NCBI GenBank assembly: GCA_040954595.2 | Contig: CM082593.2 | Coordinates: forward strand, 1,684,901 to 1,748,900 | Reading direction: 5' to 3' | Origin: Balanoglossus misakiensis | Taxonomy: Eukaryota; Animalia; Hemichordata | Length of the DNA stretch: 64,000 nt | Part shown: positions 1 to 11,310 of the stretch, piece by piece | How the letters are laid out: every line of letters begins with the position of its first letter | Position numbering within the stretch: position 1 is the first letter of the stretch | Made by a program: the position numbers and the translations under genes | The notes under the pieces: model-generated | Told to the model about the DNA's origin: nothing | The model's input: the letters and a program-made list of their open reading frames with translations, nothing else | Database searches by the model: none

Positions 1-972
1 GTGGGCCGGATATTAAAGTCAGTGTCACTCTAAAATCCGAATTCCACTCCGGTTGAACTCAATTGTTTTGGTTGCGGGGAAGTACCGTGTTCTAAACACA
101 AGTGATCTCCACTCGCACTGAGCATGCTGTGCTGTTAAACGTCTTTTTTGAAATGAAAGTATATTTTATTACTTACTGAAACCTATAAAATGTTTCCAGG
201 GTAACTCGCTATCGCTCACGGTTAGGTAAAACACGCCCTGTGAGAACTAGCACGAGAGCAAACCGTCGAACGGATAGCGAGATGATTAAACGTGGATAAA
301 AGCAACCAGTTGCAGCAGAGGAATACAGATTTGTGTCGTGACGCTCGGGGTTGGAGGCACGTTCAGTTATCACACGCATTTCAACGACCAGTCTATTCTT
401 GCGAGGTTAATAGGGGCCATCTCTTGTTCAAGGGAAACTCATTACCAATTGAAGGCTGTATTTGTCCATGTATTTAGGACATCACTGCATACACACGTGC
501 TCGTAGTTAATGAGAATGAATCAACCACCAGTGAGAACTGCCTATATCAGGAAACGCCAGGTGTTATTGTTTTTGACACTCATTCATTAACACCTGGTTG
601 TGCAAATGACAGCTATAGCGATACTCGCTCGGTCAAATGAATAAGAACACCAACAAACAAATCCACAATACTATCCGAATAAGAACATTCCAATGAGAAG
701 AGCGATATTAAATCCCAAGCCATCATTCCTACAACCGTAAACGCATATAACATCCCAATGTGACGTTCTCACACGGAGCAAGCTAATCATGAAATGTGTC
801 TTTAGGCTTCAGGTAGATTACGTCACTAATACTGATAGCATATATTAATGGCAAAAATGACACATACCATTGCTTTTGCCTGTAATTTTGTGTCGCTTTG
901 AAACATCTTTCAAATCGCCGATTTTCGACAAACCAAAGCTTTGCCTTAGAAAGTCAGCTCAGCTAAGATGTG

Positions 973-1001
973 GTTAGAGCATAGACTGTCTATGGTTAGA
1001 G
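973..1001. mobile_element. Minimal DNA-transposon remnant: 15-bp palindrome between 7-bp direct repeats
   Basis: GTTAGAG-CATAGAC T GTCTATG-GTTAGAG. Confidence 0.55.
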
Positions 1002-2171
1002 GCAGTTAGGGCAGTGTCGCATCATTGTCTGTGTAAGTTCTTTGAAGGATTACCGCCGCGCAATGCTGCAGGAAAACACCTATCCAGTCTAGTTACAGGT
1101 GATTACGCTGACGCAAGTTGCAGCGTCGTGACTCTAACTTGCAAAATAGACCCATCTGAGCATAATTAAATGATGTGACCCAAGCCTTCCTGAACGCTGA
1201 TTATTGCTTATTCACAAAGCCCCTTCTATGGGATCGATCTCACCATTTGCTTCTACAAATATCCGCCCGATTTCCAAAGCGTAGTCAAGATTTCCACTCG
1301 AGCAGAAAACACTCAATCTCACAGTATTCACCTGGTTCACACTCCAATGGAATTCGCGAGCGCACCTTGGAAATCGGTCGAAAATTCGATAAAGGGGACA
1401 GTGCCTTTGATCATAGCAAGTGTTCGTTAATGAGCAATAACCGGGGCCCGGTCAGTTAAATACATGCATTTTATTGAATTATGGTTACTATAGATTGGTT
1501 TATTTTACGATTCAATGCCCAGGCACGTCGGCGTAATAACCCCGTAGTCTGGGCGACGTTAACGTTGTGCGCGGCGGTGACCGCCCAATGAGATCACAGA
1601 CGCCACGTGACACGGGAGAGTAGAATAATCAGGAAATAGCTGAAGTTTCTTAAATATCATTCCATATCTGCAATAATTGCAGGAGCCGGTGGAAAGAAAA
1701 TGATCACATACATACTGTAAAGAATGTGGGTTCCATTCATTCTTTTTAAAAAAATCCTTTGAGTATGGCGACAACAGATGGAAACATTCATCAGAATTGC
1801 GTCAGTGATATAATCTGATAAGAATTATAGCTTTCGAGAGTAGAATTGCATTACGGTGTTGAATGAAGCTATAGCAACACAGCTATAAAACCTGATAATT
1901 TATAAAAGAATATCCGACCTTTAAATTTTACAATACATAAATGTCAAGAACACAACCATGGCTTTTAAAATGTGGGGTGGAAAATGTAACTTTTCAGTGT
2001 TTAAATGTCAAATCTATACAAGCGTATAATTTGCCTGGCGTTTTGAGTCATAATAACAGGAAATCCCTTACATTAAAGGCAAACAGAGATGTGAAGTTCA
2101 TTGGGTACTATATTCATATCTTCTATGCACTGCTGTTCAAAAATCACACAAGGTATGTTTTCCGTTTGCAG

Positions 2172-2567
2172 GTCTCGGTAATTGCGAGTATTTTCACGTT
2201 GACGGCCGTCGGCGTTGACCGTTACTTCGCCGTCATCTACCCGCTGAAGGTACGAGTCACCACCAACAGAACCAAGGCCTCAATTGTCATCTGGTTACTT
2301 GCCGGCTCCTTAGCAACGGTTCAAACGGCGTTTGTCCGCGTGCAGGAGTGGCGCTATGACAGCGAGATTTTCTCCTTCTGCAGCGAGTTCCCACAATTCG
2401 AATTCGCCAAGTGCTACGAGATCCTGATGATGTTGTTCACGTACGCCATACCCCTGGGCATTCTCTGTTTCACGTACACTGCCGTGGGCATACGATTGTG
2501 GGGCAGAAAGATCCCCGGCAATGCTGATCGGAACAGAGATCACGGACAGGCGAAAGCAAAGAAAAAG
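2172..2567 (+). CDS. Neuropeptide class A GPCR 1 (leucokinin/luqin/tachykinin-receptor-related), internal coding exon, TM3-ICL3
   Basis: Acceptor tttgcag|GTC at 2171/2172 and donor AAG|gtaaga at 2567/2568; 396 nt, phase 0/0. Encodes VSVIASIFTLTAVGVDRY (DRY motif), the TM4 Trp, an ECL2 Cys (FCSE), TM5 (FTYAIPL) and ICL3 LWGRKIPGNADRNRD...KAKKK. Confidence 0.93.
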
Positions 2568-2647
2568 GTAAGACCATCTAACGGTCAATAACAATCAACT
2601 GGTGCAAAACACGTGTAAAGGGTATTCATGCAAGTCCATTTCCCTAT

Positions 2648-2745
2648 AATTTACATATAACCATATATGGTTAAAATGATGTGTCTGAGTCTTCGTGGCC
2701 ACCCGTAAAAACCGTCATTGGTTAGATCTCAATCTGTCATGTTAA
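2648..2745 (-). mobile_element. Degenerate partial copy of the MITE at 54088-54261
   Basis: Its reverse complement contains gagatctaaccaatgacggtttttacgggtggccac and actcagacacatcattttaaccatatatggttatatgtaaatt, matching gagatctaaccaatcacagattttcagtgggtggcac and actcaaatacgccatttcaactatatatggcgatatgtaaatt in the intact copy. Confidence 0.75.
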
Positions 2746-3986
2746 AGGGACATCAGCTGTAACTTTTGGCGAGGCAAGAACATGAGAACTGGTGTCTGCT
2801 TTTTTGCATTCACAGTGTTCATTATTTTTGCCTTTGGTAAAATACCGCTAATCTTCAGTAGTTGCAAGTAATTGAGCATATTTACATGTAGAAACGCATC
2901 ACCTAAGGTAAACTACAAAGTACTGATGTTGTTAAAAACACCAGTAATAGTTCAGCCTCGGAGAATTTTATTTGCCAGTGTTAGTCAGAAAGTTGGATAT
3001 ATACAGCTATACTTGCATCTCAATAGGTTTGTTTTGCAGATTTTGTAATATAGTGACTTGCAGCGTGTTTCATTAAGTTCATATCGTGAATGTACTTAAA
3101 ACTTCATTATGCGTGAAATGGGAACATCGGAATGAAACGGAAAGAGACACAAACATATTATTGTCGCATACATTTTAATCCGATTATTTCAGTCACTTCA
3201 GACGTGCCGCCGCAAATGGACTTGAAGCCGTGAGCTAATACATCAATAAGAAGTGACCTCGTGGCCGGTAAAGCTCCGTGGTTATGTGTTGATAAAATAA
3301 TGAACAGATTTGGTACATAGCATGTATATATCAGAAATATCATCTGCCGTTGTGGAATATTGTATCCGTGAAAAACATGCGATAACGAAACGAAATGGTT
3401 ATTGTACAAACATTTCCATCAATGTGTGTGATAAAATAAATCTTTGATACTCCTATTCTGAGATACCTAATTTATTTGTCCATTATGACGGTCTTTGAAT
3501 GCCTTTGACGTTGGTTGTTCTATTAGTGAAAGACGATCTTCCCTTTTTAGATTACCAGTTAATTAAACTCGCGTGAGAGTTCATTTGATGAAACTGGGTT
3601 GTAGTGAGTATTCTGAATACAGCTTATGAGATATAATAAAATATCCAGCTGCCATTTGGTTTGCGGGATTTTGGTCTGCAGATCCTTGTCAATCAGTTGC
3701 CATTCACTGGATATTTTTCATCGAACAGCGGAAATTAACGGGTACCCTTTTACTCAAAGTTACAGTTCTCTGTCATTGACGTTGACATGTCCCGCGTTTG
3801 AATTAGATTTAATGACTTGTGTGACCACTTGTAACGCCCGAGCACAAATCATTAAACAGTTCCGTGGCTGTCCCTTGGCAATTGCATAAATGGGGCAATT
3901 GCATCTAACGCTTAAAAGAAACGACTCGATATCGACAATTACAGTATATCGCCTTCTGAAATTCCGGATGATATTTTCTATTTCAG

Positions 3987-4202
3987 GTGATCAAAATGCT
4001 GGTTATAATTGTGCTGCTGTTTGCTGTTTTCTGGTTACCCGTCCACATCTTCAAGATTGTAAACACATTCGATCCCTATCTGTACCACGACGTGAGATAT
4101 CAAGCCACCATGCGCACCATTAATTGTTTCGTCTTGTGGTTTGCGATGGCGCACAGTTTTGTCAATCCCTTGATATACAGCATTCTCAACGACAACTTCA
4201 GG
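3987..4202 (+). CDS. GPCR 1 coding exon, TM6-TM7
   Basis: Acceptor tatttcag|GTG and donor AGG|gtaagt; 216 nt, phase 0/0, in frame with the previous exon. Encodes VIKMLVIIVLLFAVFWLP (FxxxWxP) and WFAMAHSFVNPLIY (NPxxY)...NDNFR. Confidence 0.93.
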
Positions 4203-4300
4203 GTAAGTCAGTATACAAGAGATGATTTTCCACTCATAGATCTTGAGAAATTTAGTTAATTACTGTATATTGAACCTTCTTCATCTTTTGAAACTTTCAG

Positions 4301-4525
4301 AACAGTCTGCAATCCCTGTGGCGTCGATGCTACGTCCATATTCATAGAAACCGAGAGAGCCCTTTCAAAGCACGTACTCCTCGTTTGTCCAGCCAGGGCA
4401 GTTTATCTGCGACACGCAAACTCTCTCTCTCTTCTGTGTCATTCTTTGGACGGGTCAAGCGGCAATCTGACAACTCTGTCCACCTGAATGTGAAAGAAGA
4501 CGCTGAACATAACATTGAGTTATAA
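4301..4525 (+). CDS. GPCR 1 terminal coding exon (helix 8 and Ser/Arg-rich C-tail)
   Basis: Follows a 98-nt intron ending ctttcag. 74 open codons NSLQSLWRRCYVHIHRNRESPFKARTPRLSSQGSLSATRKLSLSS...HNIEL, then TAA at 4523-4525. Absent from the ORF track; translated by hand. Confidence 0.8.
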   Translation, partial: NSLQSLWRRCYVHIHRNRESPFKARTPRLSSQGSLSATRKLSLSSVSFFGRVKRQSDNSVHLNVKEDAEHNIEL

Positions 4526-5516
4526 TGGGACGAAAATGGAGATCAACGGAAGGGGTTGAATGGATGGGCTGAATGTAACAAAACTATGAATAAGCTCTAA
4601 TTGGATACTCTAACTTAAAGTACATGTAGTTCAAAGCTGATGCTATACATTTCATGTAAGTTTTCATGTTGTGCCTTTCTTCAGACTGACAAACATATCC
4701 ATGTATCGCTAACAAATACCAACCTTTGTGACCGCCAGACCGACAGACCCTCTGTCACCAGATAAAGGTTGCATTGAAGCGATGTTCAATTCTGATATCA
4801 CTGTCTCTAAAACGCTGAATCATGCATTCATGGTGCTTTAATCTGTCCTTATGTTGAATGTCTCACCTTTATATCAAGCATCCCATTTATTGTAATTATA
4901 CACGAGTAAAGTTGACCACATTACATATGGAGTGTCCAACAAGATATTACTTTCAATTGGTAATGTGTTTCCTTCTACACATATGCGTCATTTTTCTATC
5001 TGTCATCATCAGAAGTGATTGTAACCATACAATAATCGTAAATTTATAATGATGTGTAAGTGTTAAGAAACTCGAGGATATGACCGAGTATGTTATTTAT
5101 TATTGGCTAGAACTAGAACGTATGGACGGACCTACCCGAAATTCTTTTAAACGGTGAGGTTTTTTCTGCATAGCTCTAATTATTTGCATGATTCATTACA
5201 AATGTATATAATATGAATTATACATGGTATAGGTGTCTACGTGTTTTTAACACCGCTGATAGAAAAGGCACTCGCTGATATATTATACCGTAGGTGTTAC
5301 ATGTATTAAAACACCGTTGTTAGATTTCGCCTGAATTTCATTCCGGGAAACTGGATAAACATAAGGTCATTCAGGATTATCATTCCGCATTATCGATTGT
5401 ACTGTAATGTCTTGTTGCGTTTCCTTGCAATATATTCACACCCACGAGTGCCATTCTTGTGAAAGGCAGCCTGGCAGTGCTTTAAGCTTTTACGTGGTTG
5501 TCTACATATATTGAAG

Positions 5517-5522
5517 AATAAA
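5517..5522 (+). promoter_or_regulatory. Candidate polyadenylation signal of GPCR 1 (alternative at 5694-5699)
   Basis: AATAAA about 1 kb after the stop codon, with T/GT-rich sequence downstream. Confidence 0.35.
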
Positions 5523-8500
5523 AATGTATGGATTGAGCTACACATGCCATGCTTTTGCAAACCATCTAATAATTATTTTGTATTCTCCAGTATTCACGTT
5601 TGGTTGATGTTACTTGTTTGAACTTTGTTGTAATACAACACTTGATCAGATATGATAGGGGCTTATAAGTTATGGTCAAAACGCGATAGCAGCAATAAAG
5701 CTATTTACAATTAGTGTTATTATGTTACTTAGGGGTCTTCCTTGGTTTATATCATCTCCTTTTTTGTCAAACTTTATCTCACAAGTAATCTTTATCTGGA
5801 CACACATGTTGCAATGGAGTGGACATTTCGGATGAGTTTGACTTTTCATCTTTTTTCGTGGAATTCCTTAAGCATCTTTTCCGCCGACAAAATGATCGAC
5901 TCGAAAACGAAATGTTAAGATGAAAAGAAAACCAACAAAACTGGTTCACAAAGGATTCAGAAAGACGGATTGACTTCCTCTTCAAGTCTTAGAATTCCCC
6001 GCCCAACAGAGCTCGCAAGATTGCATTTTCCCCGAAGCCTAGGTTCCCTCATCTCGGACGTGTGGGATGGCAGTAATTTCAAACACTGATTACTCTTATA
6101 TCGCCGACAGTTTTTGGGTATTATTACTCGCCTTCAGAAATAGTGAAGGTTTCTCTCCAATTGAATCTCCACAGCCGCTGAAAGCAGCAATACTACATCA
6201 TCAGTATATAAAAGGTTAATGCATTCGTTTCAATATTATAGTGAAACGACGCCGGATTGAGAAAAACACATATCCGATGTCCAAATGGTTGACGTAAATG
6301 ACAAACAGAGACATGTAAAAGACCGACGTATGTCATTACCTAGGAAAGATCCGGTTACGTTGTTGATTATTACACGGAAGTGCGTATGATGACATAGAAA
6401 TAAAGTTTGAATTAAAGTTCGTGAAAATGAACGGTATAGTAACCCACGTTCCTGAGATGATAATGGGTGGAGGATATATTACAAGCGGAAGAAGAGTCAA
6501 TATAAATCACAACCTACTTCTAATTGATCGATTTGATAGATGGATGCACCTGGAGCTACCAGTTTCGGATACCTCTTCCCGGGAGGTGAATGTGTTCTAA
6601 ATTCCTGGTTAGGCTTCATATCAGTCGTGTCCGGCGACAAACGCATTGATCCGGTTTCGCGCAAATATCCAATATCCATATCTTCTGGGACTGATATTTG
6701 AGAATGCAGATCAACTAAGGATGGCGAAAACCATAAAAAGATTAAACACAAAAATCAAAGAAACCCGAACTGGCGACAGTACTACAGTGAACTGCTTGTC
6801 TGTCTGTCTGGTGGACGCTTTTATGTGAAATCCTTATGTACTTGGAATTTCATATAAGGGGTTTGTTTACTCTCGATATCCAAACTTGCGGCGATCTGCC
6901 GTCTCTTCTTGTGGATCTCCTTGTTCTTACTCGGTGTATTGATTAGAGATATCAGTTTCCTAGGAAGGTACCAGACGCTTATATGAATGCTCGGTTGTAG
7001 TAGTCTTGTCGGTACATCTGAACCTTTCACTGGAGTTTCTCAGAGCGGCCCAGCTTTCAAACAAGTAAATACTTCGGGTTTCCAGTAGTACCAAAACAAG
7101 GTTGGCTTTCACGGTGCTCGGGGCTGCTGACGTCATGATGCCACCGGGCTTGCGATTCTCAGAACCAACAAATGAACCATGCCCCTATATAGAAAGCCTA
7201 TTTTTTCTCTGAATGGAATGACCTTCCGTTTCTGTGATGGAAGTCTTTGAATCCTGAGACATCCGCCTTTCCTGGCACGTATTAAGGTTTCTGTTACACT
7301 TATTTGAACTTCACTGTTTGCCTATGTTTGAGTAACATCGAACTCACAGACTATATGTATAACAATACAACTCGATCATTCAACCACTTGAAGGGTAGCG
7401 TGCACATGGGGATTTCATTCGAGGATTTTCTTCGCATCTTCTTCCTTGATACGTGAAATTGCACAATCCTTATCTCACAATGCGCTTCTTATCAAACACG
7501 TATGCCGTCACCCAAACTGATAAGCTACTAAGACACTCAAGCACGTTCAATCCAACATCGCAATACCTCATCGGGCGAGGTTCATACGGCTTCGGGGACA
7601 ATTCTATGTACCACGCAGTACTCAGGACAGAAAATGAGTTTGTATTTCATGGGATTCGAGTCGGAAACCACTTTAACAATTCACACAGAAAATAATTCAT
7701 TTTTACCAAGGCATTTGGTTTCGCCCCTGGGATTATACTCGGAGGGCAACATGCGACCTTCACTGCAAGGTAGTCTTTACTGCAGGTTAATAGAAAGATT
7801 TAATGGACCACCAGTCATCCAATCTTGCTCCACACGGACCGTATCCGCACACGAACAGTCATTCCAAACTATTGCATCTCTTGAGACAAGCGCCAGAGAT
7901 GTTCACTCAAGCACCATCGTCATTACAACTGTACAGCAGATGGGAAGTGTAATGTGTTTCAATGCGGAGCAACACCACACGAACATAGATAATCGATTGA
8001 GACGATACGGAGAATGTATGTTAAGTCAAGGAAGTTCATTTGTTGAATATCGGTTATGTTGTGCATTTTGAACCGCACTGGGGACGATATCTGGAGTCGA
8101 GGTCATACTCTAACACTTTGAAAACTTTAGATCTGTTTTGAACCATGCCATTGGCGTTTCCCTTGCCCATGAACTACAAATTCAACAACAGTCTGTGAAA
8201 GAGCCTTTTCAGTGACATGCATTGTGCAAATCTGTTACAGATGGTTGAGCTAGTATTTCACTTTCTTGCACGTCATTGTCATATGCATGGGATTGTATGG
8301 TAGCCATGCAGGCATTCACGAGAGCGTCAGATTCTTCAAGTCATCTCTCTGTTCATGACAACAGAAATCTAAATTGCCTGAGTATATGGACATATCCCTG
8401 TCAATGGTATTGTCACTCTCAGAATGGTTTGTCGAACAGCGGCGTCTGCCAAAGCCAGCTTTGCTCTCTCAGTTTCTATCATCCATGTCACTGCCTCTAG

Positions 8501-9601
8501 AGATTATCCGATGTTGAAAAGCTGAAGATAGAAGTCGGCACTTTCCTATGCAAGCAGGATGTGATATCGAGCACGAAGTTCATTGAATCCCAGATCCCAT
8601 TGAGTAAACATCTCCAAGCGATTATGGTTTAGAAATAATAATGTTCCAAAGGAACCGATGGGCTCCAGCATACCTTAGGTGATCCAAGCTAACCGCGTGA
8701 TAGACAACACAGACAATAATGAAGGATGAAACCCAGCAGCACTTTTGATATTAAACCGACACCCGCTATACTGTCCCTAGCTTCTCCATGCTTGTTTAAA
8801 ACATGTTATTTCTTCTGTAAGACATCAAAGCAGCAGGAATCAGTCATTTTGTAACGACTGTTCATACCATAAAAATAATTGTCACCACATGTCAGGACAA
8901 AACACCTTCCCCGTACGGCGTACAGCTTCCGGCGAATAACTTAAATCTAAAGACGAAAATCTATATGTCCAAATATAGACACCAGCCTGGAGATAAGATG
9001 GAGACCGCAGGTTCTATTGGTCAATAAATTTGTCCCCTGGGCTCCCCAACACTGCCAGAGAACATTCAAACTACAATTTAATGCAAGTGTGCTGTACATT
9101 TGGCATGTCAATGACTGCGTCGGTGTGCCCACTCTGCACTCACACTTAGAAACTGGTTCTCAAATCAAACTAATTATCTGATCCTGAAAAACCAAATAAA
9201 AGAAGTTCTATCCAACGCCACACTATCATTTTGTTATTAGACTTCAGTTTGACATTTGTGCTGACGAAGATAGTGAACTTTATAGAAGCTCATCATTGAA
9301 TTCACCATGGAAACGAAGTGGCACGCGTATCAATTTGTAAAGTAAATTATGTGATCTGAATTTACTGTACCAAACCGTACCCGTCTTTTAGAGTGTAGTA
9401 TGGATTGAGACGAAGAACTTATTCGGTTACCAATAATACTACTTCAACGCATTCTCGACGGGACGCAATAGTGTAGTTTCACAGTAAAGAAAATAGCGGC
9501 CTAATTCTAAGATTCGGTACGGAAACTTCTCAAATTTCTCAACGTGTCTAGAATTTAGTATTAATGTAAAATATCGCCTTGTTCTAATTTCCTTGAAAGC
9601 A

Positions 9602-9897
9602 TGGGTTCTCATCATTGCGTTCGACTGGCTTGGTCTACTTATTAATCGAATTCCGAATGAAGGCGGTAATGCAACAAAGCCGGCGAGATAATATGTACAG
9701 TAGAACGATTATATTATCTACGATTTTGCTGTAATCCAGTTTAACTTTTTAACTAATTTCCTTCTTATGGCCCTTTCGCTAATCACCATCTTCAGTTCGA
9801 TGTTATCTCTTTTTCTGATGCCATGTTTAAGCGGTAGTACTGGGGTATTGGAGTTTTGCTAGTACCTGGGTTCTCATCATTGCGTTCGACTGGCTTG
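9602..9897 (+). repeat. Perfect 31-bp direct repeat pair (9602-9632 and 9867-9897)
   Basis: tgggttctcatcattgcgttcgactggcttg occurs twice, 265 bp apart. Confidence 0.9.
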
Positions 9898-11199
9898 TTA
9901 GAGGCTCGTATTTTATTCCAATCACGCTATATGATGTGTGAAAATTGAAGTTTTTGTAGGCGGTTGTGCGTGCTTGATAATGCGAAGTTTGTATTTGAGA
10001 TAGAGAAATCATAGGTATGATTACCTACGCATGCATTGTAAATTAGAAAAGGTAAAAAGTAAAAAGCGCGAACAAGCAAAGGTAATAATAATCCGCAAAA
10101 TGTCATGTAGGGGAAAATGGGGAAATTAACAACCAAATCACAGAAAAAGGCCGTATAAGGTCAGAGTAAAGAAGGTCGTATTACGAGCATTATAGATATA
10201 CGTTATTCAAAACGGGTATCTTCTTTTTCCGTCTTTGATTTTTTCCTTTTGAGTTGATAAGCCTTTCTTGTTAGCGAAGCTCAGTGGAACTACTTTGGAA
10301 TTAGATAATGCGCAAGTCAGATTAAAATCTGGAGAATTTGAACCAAAAGATCTTCTTTATTTCTTTTCGCTTGCTGTGCTAATAACACATTCATATTATG
10401 GTCGCTTGGCCATCGAGAAATCCCATGGGGCGCAGTAGGTGTTCTACTGTATTTTTGGAGTCGAACTTAAACTCCAAGTCTACATGTAGGAGAGGGAGTA
10501 ACAATGATCGATCATAATGCCGCATAGTTACAGACATGTCAAGGCTAAATGGAGTAATGAGATTGTTTTTTACAGTGATTACACCTGTGCAGGACATTAT
10601 TGCTCTTTTTACGAGAGATAGGGGTGATATCTAGATTTCGTCGGTTTGAACTAGTTCTGAAAATAGGAGACTGAAACTCGTAAACTTGAAAGGAATAATC
10701 CATTAATGGTGTATACCATATAAAAATAAAAAAGCACTTAGTTCAGATCAAATCGCACGTCGAGTAAAGCCATAATAAATGAGATTACAATGGTGTTTGC
10801 CGTGACCGTCCCTTGACGTTGGTGTACAGAACTCTAACCTAAAGCTCATTGATAGACACACACTTATAGAAGCTTTGCATTGATTTGGGAAAAATCGACC
10901 AAAAGGTAGAGATTATGCATGAATTTCAACCAAGGTACACATTATCGAGCACAGAGACTTAAAAACAAATTATTTGTGCTATGAAGTGGATACCTAACTT
11001 GGGGCGTCCACATTTTTATGGCAGAAGTTCTATGATAACCTGGCCCGGTGCGATAATTAAATTTGTCATTTGGTGGTATTGTTCGGGGCAGTAAACTTTA
11101 TTATATAAGCTTATGTTTAGTACCGTAGGCCAACATATAGCAATAATTACTAGTAGCCGTGCACCATATGGTATATTGTGATAAACTTATGACAGCATT

Positions 11200-11310
11200 A
11201 CCCAGCTGAGAGGCTAGAACAGTGGACTCATGATCACGATTGCTTCTCCCCACCCAGGAGTAATGTCTTATGGGTATATCTGGTAGGACAGAGATCGTAA
11301 TGTACGTGTT
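11200..11310 (+). mobile_element. Decayed SINE central-domain fragment (MetaSINE-like)
   Basis: tgcttctccccacccaggagtaatg...atgggta resembles the CTCCACCCAGGWGTAWAWATGGGTA core recalled for metazoan tRNA-derived SINEs; no clear A/B boxes remain. Confidence 0.4.

Noticed and set aside
1941-2171. N-terminal 77 aa of the 216-aa ORF
   Set aside because: Intronic read-through upstream of the acceptor at 2171; it has no TM1/TM2 motifs, so the real 5' exon is outside the window.
7634-8071. 145-aa plus ORF as a retrotransposon fragment
   Set aside because: No reverse transcriptase, endonuclease or integrase motifs.
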